Origin: Callorhinchus milii
Lineage: Eukaryota
DNA length: 64,000 bases
Assembly: GCF_018977255.1 (NCBI RefSeq)
Contig: NW_024704743.1
Coordinates: 76,572,001-76,636,000 of the forward strand
Direction: 5' to 3'
Shown: positions 50,671 to 61,340 of the stretch, in pieces
Layout: every line of letters begins with the position of its first letter
Numbering within the stretch: the first letter of the stretch is position 1
Notes under the pieces: generated by a model
The model's input: only the letters and a program-made list of their open reading frames with translations
Database searches by the model: none
Told to the model about the DNA's origin: nothing
Translations under genes and position numbers: made by a program

Positions 50671-52569
50671 AGATAGGGAGGGAGGAAGCTTGCCTGATGA
50701 TGCTTTTAAATGGGAAGCTCTGTGATTTTAACCAGTTAACTCCTGCAGTATCCCAATGCAGACCCAATGAGGGCTCCCAAAGCCTTGACTCTTGCCAACC
50801 TGTGCCTAATACTGTCCTGAATTAGGTAAGCAAGATGCATTCCCCAGGGAGAGAATCGCATTCCATTCCAATAAATATCTCTGAAATTTCTATGTTTAGT
50901 GGGATGAATGTAACTCTGTTTGGTTTGGATGCTCTTAAGCATGGTGATGGGTTTCCACATGTCAGACACCTGGCTGACCAAAAAAAAATTATTGTCCCAC
51001 AAAGCAATAGAGGAAAGACATTGTCTGTCATCACTAGAGCAATCTTGCAGTAAGCTAACCCAAACCTAAGCATTGGCAAACATGTCAGCTTTAGCTGCTG
51101 TCTCCTTCAATTTCAATACATCCAGCACTTGAGTGCAAGATGATAAGTTCATACAGATACCTACAGGTTTTTCAATCTTTACTCCTTACACTTACAGCAT
51201 AGACAGGTATCTAGTAAATGTTGATGTGGAAGCGTTAGCAGAATTTTAGAAATAATAAGGATGTATTCACAAGTCAATATTCCCTCTGTAGTGTTCATCT
51301 ATGCAATGGCATTTGCTACACTATCATTGCACAATTGGAATGTGTGGTATACAAGCATGTATCTCGTTGGAGTCGTGCTTCTTAGATACCTAGAGGCGGT
51401 GGTTTTAGAAGCTATGTGATTTGTGTTACACAGAATAAACTCAGCATGTGCAAATTACACTATGCTGTAGACTCAGGTCTGTTCATAGCTCTCCCATCAT
51501 TCTAAGCACAGAGTATTTTTCTCATTGATAAAGTGTTGTTTGTGTAATCGATGCGTTCAGTAACATTAAAAACAACTTCCAAATGTTGGTGTCTGTGCAT
51601 GTGCCAAGATGTACATTTGCAGAACTGGATGTTTGTTGTTTTTCTAACCTGATTAAAAGTTAATACAGGTGGCCCTGTAAATTTAACTTCCTAGCATAAG
51701 TTGCTATAATGCCAAGTGGGAAGAGGCTTCGATCATGGTAGTACAAACACAGCATTTGTTTAAGTTGTTTAAGTTTTTGATTCCCTTTTCTTGCAGGTGT
51801 TCTAAATATATACAACCCCAACTTTAATGTTGCTGTTCTTGGCTCCCTTCCACAATTTCCTGGCTTATCTCCCAGACCTATTCCCATAATCTCTCATCTC
51901 CATGTTTTTCCATCTTCCAGCTCAATCCCTGCAGCCCAAAGGCCTTTGGTCAGCTCACCAACACAGATGTTATTGGAACTTACTAGCAACATCTGGTTGC
52001 GCTCCCATTGCTATCTAATTACTGTTTTACATTTTTGAATTTATTCTGTAACTATTAGAAATGCCTGGTCAAATATATATCCAGGTTTGGTGTTCATTAC
52101 CAACCCTGAGTTGTGTTTACAAGCAATTCTTTGCAAGTAGACATAAATATGTGTGCTTTTGTTTATACTGTACTGCATGGTGAGAAATGGATACTCAGTA
52201 GTCAATGCTTTTCAAGGGGTTTATGCACAATAAATCTATTCTTACAAATTGCCTTGCCAAAAGTTATTAAATACTAATGGCTGAAAATTGAAGATAATAA
52301 CTATAGTCTTATGGAAAAGTGTATGTCTGTGGTGTATTACACTACCCTTGTTTGTTTGCTCTTTGTACACTCGACAGTGCCAACCAGCATGAATGTTATT
52401 TGTTTTTAACTCAGGGATATTTTCACGTTCAAATTCAGAGTATCTCTCCATAAAAGTTTAGCTCAGAAAGCAGCATTCAACTCATTATTATTATAATGTC
52501 CTTATTTATTGAAATCTGGATTGTTAGGCCACTGAGCAACAAGAATGATTCTGTGACTTGGATATAGAA

Positions 52570-52695
52570 CCAGATAATAATTATTATTATCAATAATATT
52601 ATCAATAATTAATAATTAACAACACTAATTAATTACTATAATTAATAATAATTATTATTTATTAATAATAATAGATGGCCTAATTATTATTAGTA
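52570..52695. repeat. AT-rich low-complexity (AAT)-like tract
   Basis: Almost exclusively aat/att triplets. Confidence 0.85.
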
Positions 52696-54718
52696 TGAAT
52701 AAATGTATGAAAGTGGATGTTCAAGCAGTTGAACCTTTTTTTAAATAACACATAACTGTTTTGGAACTGTGTTAGAGAATATAGGAATGATATAGGAAGT
52801 ATTAGACTGAAGAAAGCAAATGCTGTACAACACAGCATTTTCTGTGCTACTTGCGTTGGAAGGTGGGGATGTTGTCTTTCAAGGGTAGGGTTGGAGGATG
52901 AATGAATAATCTGGCATTTTTGCTTGATAACCTTTGATATGGGAAATTATCCATTGAAAAGTTTCCCATTGGAACCTGAGCAGATGAGGTAAAGTCTAGG
53001 TATTCCATGGCCTATGGAAAGAGCGAACATGATGGGATGAATAACATAATGTTCTTAAGATGTGATCATATAAATTAAACCCTCTTAGAAATGAGAAATT
53101 TTGTAACGTTTTTTACAGTCAGATTCAGAAGTCTGTTTTAAATATTAGCAATAAATGCAAGTTGAAGAAAATCACATTTTGCCAAATGCCATTTGTGCAA
53201 ATTAATGTTATAACCATGAAATTTGATAAGGTATACAATAGTTACAATACTGTGTAAAACGTAAAGATTACAGCACTTTGTTCTGTCAACATTCTACATT
53301 CCTTCGTGTTGGCGAATGGTTAGGTGTCTTATAATTTAGAAGTGTGAACATTTTGACTGGTTTAGTTCTTTTCCAAAATCGTAAAAAATAATAATATTAA
53401 TAATAATCCTTGCATTTGATATAATGCCTTATCACGTCATGAGATGTCTCAAAGCACTTCACAGAATATCCTGTAAAGTGGATTGAGTGTATATTTTGTG
53501 GGTGAGATGTATACTCTATGTATGTCTCTGCATCATATAGATAGTGTGTAATGTATTTTTTGGGGGACATTATTCTTATCATTCTTTGATTGAGGCCCAG
53601 GAAAGGGTGAGTATATGCTGAAATTATGTTTGTCAAAACCAACAGAACCTAAATGATCCAAGATATTTCCTTAAAACGTAAAATAGAAAACAAGCTTTAA
53701 AACTCGGATTTTAAGAATTTTCTAAAATTCTGCACAATCCTAAATATTAAGACCATTGTCTTTAAATTGAGAACATGATGAATTTAGGGATTCTGGTTCT
53801 TACCAAGTTTTAGAAGCTTTTAAAGGTATATTGTTCCTTTGCTGCTCTTCTTCCCCCTCCCTCTCATTTTGGTGTGTGTATGTGAGAGAGTTAGTGTATG
53901 AGGGAGAATTAGTGTATGAATAAATGAGAGTTACCTTGGAAAGAAACATCAATTTAAATTTCTAAATTATGTTGCACACCTATTGTTTGGATGGCTTTAA
54001 TATCAATTGAATCTTACTTATTTATGTACCATTATACCACCTGTATTTTATTTTCATGGGACTCCAGACATTCAGTAAATTTCATCTGCACAATATTTAA
54101 AAACCAAGTTACACAAGCCTAAATAAAAATAATAATAATCCTTGGGTTTGATATAGTGCATTATCACGTGAGATGTCTCCATACCATTGAGATGTCTAAA
54201 GCGCTTCACAGGGAATACTAATCATCATCCTTTGATATAACAGCTACAATATCAAAACATAATTACTGTCAAATGTGGTGACTATTTTTGTAGGCAAAAG
54301 CAGCAGTCAGTTTGCAGACAGCAAGGTCGCATAAAAAGCCATGAGGCGATTGACCAATAAATCTGAAGTGCAAGTTCAGAACAGAGAGGTTGGCCAGGAT
54401 TCTGACAGAAACTTCCTTTCCTTCAATTAGGAAACGCATGTACTGCATAGATGGGATAGAACTTGCCAAGGGGGAAGCTGAAAGAGATCCAGTTGATCAT
54501 GTCAAAACAGTGTGAGTTTACAATAAACAAGGCAAACAGGATGCTGGGTTACATTGCTAATTCAGTTTGGATGTCCAGACGTCATACACGGACTGAACCG
54601 TGCTCTCGTCAGAGCACACCTTGAATTCTACCTACAGTTCTGGTCATTGCAACATAAGCGGGAGGCCCAGGCCCTAGGAACAAGCTTGATCCCCAGTGTT
54701 GGATGAATGAGCTATGAG

Positions 54719-55369
54719 CTAGGCCAATAGAAAAGTGTGGAAATATTTACCCAAAATTGAGGGAATATTTGTCCCCAAAATGCGGGAAAATTTGAAAATT
54801 CGGGAGAAATTTCAGGGAGATTTGGCAAATGTTGTAGAAAATTGCAGGGGAATTGATTAGTGCTATTGAGGTACATTTTACTGCAGTAAATAATTTTACT
54901 AAATTATTAATTTCTTCTTTAACAAATACTGGGAGGCTCACTCAGGTGGGGTGGAGGGGTGCGTGACACCGGGAGAAGCCTGAAGGGTCCAGAGATCTCC
55001 CAAAATACAGACACTCAGGACACTCCGGGGCGACAGGAGCTCACCACTTCCTGCCTCTCAGGGCCCGGCAACGTACACAGACAGAGACAGAGAGAGGCAC
55101 TCACACAAAGAGAGCCACATTCTTAGAGAGAGACACACTCATAGACACAAAGAGACGTACACACACAGAGGAGAGAGAGACACATACACATTCACACACA
55201 GACTCATAGACACACACACAGACACACTCACAAACACATACATACAGAGGAGAGAGACACACACACTCATACAGAGACACTCAGAAACAGAAACAGACAC
55301 CACACAGAGGAGAGAGACACACTCATATAGACACACACAAACACATAGAGAACTTTTCTATTGGCCCAG
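54719..55369. mobile_element. Non-autonomous DNA transposon (18-bp TIR, probable 8-bp TSD) carrying a CA/GA microsatellite
   Basis: TIR CTAGGCCAATAGAAAAGT (54719-54736) and ACTTTTCTATTGGCCCAG (55352-55369), 17/18 match; flanks GCTATGAG and CCTATGGG. Confidence 0.8.
55075..55350. repeat. Compound (CA)/(GA) microsatellite
   Basis: Repeated acacacagaggagagagacac-type units. Confidence 0.9.
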
Positions 55370-56599
55370 CCTATGGGTGATGATTAGACAAGCTCGGGCT
55401 CTTCAGTCTTGAGAGAAGACAACTCAGAGCACCTCATGGAGGTATACACAATTTTAAATGGGATTAAAAAAAGTAAACCCAGATCAATATATGTATCAAG
55501 ACAGTAGAGCAATAGGACACAGGTTCAGAGTTGTTAAGGGTAATTTCAGGTGGTATAGGCCAGGATGTTCGACCCATTTAAAAAACAGCTTGATAGGGTC
55601 GGTGTTCTGGAGGGATCAGATGGGCCAAAAAGCTTTCATCATCCACACCGATCTTGTGATCAGAATGCAGATTATACACTTATTTATCCATTGTACCTCA
55701 TTGCATTTAAGAATATTCCAAATGCTTTTTATACCATGAGTAACATTTACTTGTTCATTTATGCTGCATTGCATCAAAATTTTATTTTTTCTTGTATTTT
55801 AGTATTTTAGTCATATGAAACTACCTATTTAACCACAATGATGAGCATCTAACTAAAATATTTTACTGTATTATTGTTTTGTATAGCTCGCTAAATGTTG
55901 CATTCTATGATTAGAAAAATTGTTTTCTTCTTGGAAACTATTAAAAGGTTGGAGGATGGTATATCGACTAAATAGAGAATTGACAAATGCTACCCTGTTA
56001 ATCAATCAAAGATATTTGGGTAGATTTTATAAAGAACATTTATTTGCTTGAATTGTGCTGCAAAAGGAACAGTAATACCTTGTGCACATTAGAGATTTTT
56101 CTCTGAGATCTGTATATTTGCATACGTATGATGGATGGCTAGAATGCCTGAGTCTCATTATATTTATCAGATTACGATAGGCCTATGTCTGCTAAAATCT
56201 GCTTTCAGTAACTGTCTGAGGCAGTTAGGGAAAGACATGAAAACAAAAGGCCTTCTGTTCTTCATTTTGCTTAGGATTGGTAACTAAATACCTGACTAGT
56301 TCTGTTTGCCATGTTTCTCCCTCTTTCAGGTAAATACCTAATACCTTTTATATCATCTTACCTGTCCTAGTGTAAATTTGGTATACAGTATTTGACAGCT
56401 TTTTGCATGTCTTTGATAAGATACTTTTATCTGCTTAGTTTGCATTTTTATATTGAATTTATTTTATTTCTTTAGAATGCTATCCGTTGAAGGCATTGTG
56501 TGTGCCTTTGTTTGCAAAGTGTAACATTTATAGTAAAGAAGCTCATCAGAAAGGTGGAAAGTTGTAATATAGAGTTTTTCACATCAGGAGCACGTGTAA

Positions 56600-56925
56600 T
56601 CTTATAGGAAGACACAGCAGCCAATTTGCATGCAGCAATGTCCAAAAACAGCCATGAAGTGAATGTCCAGTTTTGTTTTGGGGGTTGTTGGCCAGGGCAC
56701 TGGGAGAAACTCCCTTCTCTTTCCAAATAGAGCCATGGGATCTTTAACGTCCACCTGAACAAGCAGACAGGACCTCGGTTTAATGTCTCAACTGAAGGAC
56801 GCCAACTCCAATAATGTAACACCCCTGCCGCCCCAGCACTGAATTACAATGTCAGCCACATGAGTTCAATGTTCTAATGTGGAGCTGCCAACTCTGACTC
56901 AGAATGCTGCCAACTGAGGCAGACT
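56600..56925 (-). mobile_element. DeuSINE-type SINE (family B)
   Basis: Reverse complement of the 37395 copy: gggatctttaacgtccacctgaac...cctcggtttaatgtctca. Confidence 0.8.
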
Positions 56926-57669
56926 GACACACATTGATAATTATCCACTACTTCAGGAGGGATAACCTCCTGCGTCGTCTTGCAAACCTGGGACAAACAT
57001 TTCTACGGCTTCCATTATTATTGCCAACTGTGGATTCCAGCAGTTGAGTGCCGTTTCATGGGATACACAAATGTCCAAACATTCCGTAGTTGAGATCAGC
57101 AATGGAGGATGCCATTGTGCCAAAGTTGGAAGGGGTATATTCTCTCATCAGATCAATAATTTGTCAACTCTTTTGATCACAATTTTAATCAACATCAAAA
57201 TTGAAACTTTACATGTTGCGGGTAGTGTTTTTTGCTCTGACTGTTTGCAAGTCATTGTCGCATCCTACTTATGCAATCTTCTTTACATTCCATTCTTTAC
57301 CCTCTGCTCTGCCTTCAGCCACCATTTCATTTTCCTCTGGAACTCACCCGAAACATATTTGTCTTGCTACCTCGCTCCCTGCTTTCAAAAACCTGAAGAT
57401 TTGCATTTATGACTGGGCCTTTAATCAACAATTTAAAAATCTTGAGAACCTAAAAGGTAAAAGTTAGAAGAGGTAGAACCTAAATATTGCATTGACGAAC
57501 CCTGCTCCAACCTCACCCTCTCCACTGCCAAAACCTTTATTGGCAGCCTTTGTCACTTCAAGAAAAATCTCAATGTTACTCTATGTAGAGAGTCATTATC
57601 TGCATTAATTGGGGCTATCTCCATTTGGATATGGAAATTTTAATCGTTCATCCTGCAAAATACAAATTG

Positions 57670-57872
57670 ACTGATAATCCCTCAAAAAAAAACAATAATA
57701 AATTGGTCATTTTCAATCCATGACTGTTTGTGGGACACTGCTGTGTGCAATTGGCTGCCGCATTTCGCCCACAAATATACAGTCAATTCACTTTACAGTC
57801 TATTCTGTGAAGCGCTTTGAGATGTTGAGAAGACATGAAAAGCGCTATATCAAATGCAAGGATTATTATTAT
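57670..57872 (+). mobile_element. SINE family A 3' half
   Basis: Near-identical to 2036-2234. Confidence 0.85.
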
Positions 57873-58542
57873 ATTACAATATTCACCAACCACATTTCCA
57901 ATAGGAGGTATGTTGTAACTATTATGCAATACTATGGCAGCCTCTCTCTTTTTCTCTCTGCTCTCTTTCTCTTACTTTACCTGTTTGACTGTCTAACTTT
58001 GCCTCTCTTTACACATATGTGGATAGTGGTGTTCTATTTGCTCCTTTTGGAGCCATCTGGAGTTTGTGAGCTTTATCTGGGGATAGTTTGGCATTCATGT
58101 GGTTAAATTTGTTGAATGTATTGACTTATGGTATTTCCTTACCTGGCCAGGAACCAGGAGGTACTGAGTTTCAGGTGATCTTTCATCTTTAATGTGTAGA
58201 AAATAAACTGTAATGGTTCTGGTGAATTATGGCTGTCTTTGATCCTTGGCTCTAATTAGTGTTGGCAGATTTCATGCAAACAGCAATTGTTCTTTACCGT
58301 TTACAATTCTGAACTCTGAACATATTGGACAATTTAAATTGTAGGTGACAGGTAACTGACTGTTCATTATTCTTGATCATTTCATTAGCTATATGTTTGG
58401 AAGAAATGCTTTTTATGAAGACATTTTAGCTTTTTGTTAATGAAATAAGAAACCGAGTCTGGTGCATACTTATCCGTTCCTATTTAATCTTAAGCATCAT
58501 GATTTTTTTTGTGTTCTTTTTCTTTTCTTTTAAGTGTTCAAT

Positions 58543-58683
58543 TCATAGAATCATAGAATTATACAGCACAGAAGGAGGCCATTCAACCCATCGTATCTGT
58601 CACAGCTCTTTGAAAAGAGCTATCCAATTCAATCCCACTCCCTCGCTCTCTTCCCGTAGCCCTGCAAACTTGTCTTCCCCAAA
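58543..58683 (-). mobile_element. Short CR1 3' tail
   Basis: catagaatcatagaattatacagcacagaaggaggccattc...; same family as 16357-16490. Confidence 0.8.
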
Positions 58684-60424
58684 GAGGATAAAGGTAAAGG
58701 ATATGTACTATAATGTGTAGTCCCTTTTGGTTACAATCGCAGCATGATCTGTGAATTCAATTTTTGTACCAGTAAATCATCATGTCTTTAAGGTTAATAA
58801 TTTTTTCTTAGTTACATGTTTAATTAAGCCCACTATCACTCTTCTATTATTACAATACTTTGGAGCTGGTCACAGTGGATTCACAAACCTACAAAAAGAA
58901 ATGATGTGCCACTCGACCACGCACCACTTTCTATGGTAGAAAGCATTTTAAGTAAATACTGGGTCAAGATGACACAACCTTAGGTGTTATTACATAGAAA
59001 AGAGAAGCATTTAGTGTGACAGTAGTTAATTGACACTATTCTGAATGGGCCAAGGTTTATTTACTGTCGAGTATTATTACACTGAAGTGACTGAATTACT
59101 CATTGTTCCGCCAAAGCTGTTTTTAAGAGTCCACTATTGCTGTTCTGCCATTTTTGAAAGACACAATGCATGGTGTGATGAACTCTGACCTTCCAGGTCA
59201 TGAGAAAATAAGCTTTATAAAAACGTGTTGATGAATTTTCAGGTAGAACTCTTGGCTGCTGCCTTATAAAGGTGTTTCAGCCATGTTCTCATCATTGAAA
59301 TATTTTCAGTTTACCCTAATAAATTAGCTTTAACATACATTTTGTTATCATAAGTGTATTGTATTATGTATTGCATGTGTATTACACCTAAGGCCGCATG
59401 AATGTGATTCATTGTTTTACTTTTGTGTCTTTCTTCATACAACATCTTTTAAAGGTTAGTTTGCTGGTGCCTCTGGTCATTTTCATTAACCCCATATAAC
59501 CAGCTCCTGGGCTGATCTTCTAAAAGGCTTTCTTCAGCTGTTAGGAAATGAACTCGTCCACTGTCTTGCTGAGTGTGCCTAAACCTTCTCCCTAGCTTGT
59601 CTCAGTGTAATGCCTTTGTTATACTGCATCTCTCATGTTAATGAAGCATGATCTTGCTGTTACACTAGTACCAAATGTGCAACATTATAATTTCTCATAG
59701 TTTGTGACACCGGAAGAGGCTGATTTAGTAATCAATTTATGGCACCATAGAAATGTACGACACAGTAGGAGGCAGTACAGACCAATGTTTTCATTACTTG
59801 GTGTTTAATTTTTCATGTCATAGTCATTTCGCTTTATGCCCACAATGAAGTGCTTTGAGACGCCTTGATGACATGATAAGGTGCTATATCAAATGCAATG
59901 ATTATTTTGATATTTCATGGTGTTTACTTCGCCAAGAAGACATCCACACTAATCCCAGTTCCCTGTTTTTTCCCCATACTCTCTAATATCCTTCCTCTAC
60001 ATGTGCCTGGCTAATTATTAATAATAATACTAATCAAATGTAATGATTATTATCATTATTATTAATCTTCTCTTAAATGCCTCAATTGACTCTGCTCTAA
60101 AAGCAAATCATTCCATACTCTGACAACCCTCTGGGAGAAGTTCTTCTGACCCTCTTTTACTCCCCTAGTCAAAATCTTGAATTCCTGATGTCTTGTCCTG
60201 AAAGAGTTTTTCTTTTGAAAAGTTATTTCAGATCATTTCATTATCTTCAATCACCCATCATTCTCTGCTCTAAAGGAGAGTCCTAACCAATCCTGCTTTT
60301 TATGATAGCTATATATAGTACCTCATGCAAATGTGATCTGGGCAGGCAGTATAGCCCCAGTTGTGGCTTGCCCTTCTGTTAACTTCAGTTGGAACAATAG
60401 AATTGTAATTGGGGGGTTTGAGGT

Positions 60425-60743
60425 TTAATAATAATCCTTGCATTTGATATAGCGCTTTTCACGTCGGGAGGACGTCCCAAAGCGCTTCACAGAATATACT
60501 GTAAAGTGAATTGACTGTATATTTGTGGGCGAACGCGGCAGCCAATTGCGCACAGCAATGTCCCACAAACAGTCGTAGATTGAAAATGACCAATTTATTA
60601 TTGTTTTGGGTTTTTTGGAGGGATTATTATTAGGCTCTGTGTGGAGTAAGGAAACTTGCCCAAGGTTTCGCCCTCTGCCTGGAATTGAACTCAGGTCTCT
60701 CGCTTGCAAAGCGAGTGCTCTAACCACTGAGCTACAGGACTCC
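60425..60743 (-). mobile_element. Full-length young tRNA-derived SINE family A
   Basis: Head GGAGTCCTGTAGCTCAGTGGTTAGAGCACTCGCTTTGCAAGCGAGAGACCTGAGTTCAATTCC with intact A/B boxes and anticodon stem; L2-like tail ending (ATT)n. Confidence 0.92.
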
Positions 60744-61064
60744 ATGTTTTGTTTGTTTCATCATTCAGAGTGCAGTGCATTGTCATATGTTGGGCTACCA
60801 GCAAAATGTTCATCCCAATTATTGCTGACTGCATTTCTCTCGTTGCCTCTTGTGGATTGTCACTATTGATTTAACTTGCGTTCAATTGATCACAATGAAC
60901 AAATCTTCAGTTTGAAAGTTTTGTTAGAGGAAGAATATCCTGTATTAACTATTAACATCTGTCTCAACATCTATTGCTGGTAAGCAAAACTGACCAGAAC
61001 CAGAATAAAACCCTTCATGAACTTCACAGCAGATATTTTCAAATAAAAACTCAGAAGTAACTTC

Positions 61065-61340
61065 AATGTCACGGTCGAAGAGGAGGGTCTTGAGATGGGT
61101 CTTGAAGGAGGCAAGGGAGGGGATTCCAGTGGTGATGCGGGCGAGGCGGGGGACGTGAAGCAGGCCAGAACTGCTGAGCAGAGGGAGCGGGCAGAATGGT
61201 AGGGGGTAAGGAGGCCGCAGAGGTAGGGGGGAGCAAGGCCATGTAGGGCTTTGAAGATGAAGACCAGGATCTTGAACTGTATCCTCTGTGTGATGGGAAG
61301 TTAGTGGAATCCGGCAAGGATGGGGGTGATAGGGGATGAT
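61065..61340 (-). mobile_element. L2 fragment
   Basis: QFKILVFIFKALHGL and SLASFKTHLKTLLFD. Confidence 0.8.

Larger units (their letters stand above)
54480..55660 (+). mobile_element. CR1 3' fragment split by a TIR element
   Basis: MLGYI...LVRAHLEF...QFW upstream; RLDKLGLFSLERR and CR1 tail downstream. Confidence 0.75.

Noticed and set aside
51781..52240. Strong acceptor (ttcccttttcttgcAG|GTGTTCTAA) with AATAAA at 52229 as an alternative last exon
   Set aside because: Both signals are common in AT-rich introns and nothing else supports it.
53140..53205. VEENH string resembling the next BBS9 exon (AVEENQ)
   Set aside because: In-frame stops on both sides and no further similarity.
55139..55336. 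Cys/Val-rich ORF
   Set aside because: Translation of a CA/GA microsatellite.
58345..58351. TAG|GTGACAG|GTAACT 7-nt exon-like pattern
   Set aside because: Frame-shifting and lacks a pyrimidine tract.
60670..60743. Apparent tRNA-Ala(TGC) gene
   Set aside because: Acceptor stem does not pair properly and the sequence runs into a SINE body and tail; a sister copy at 5857 has a different anticodon.
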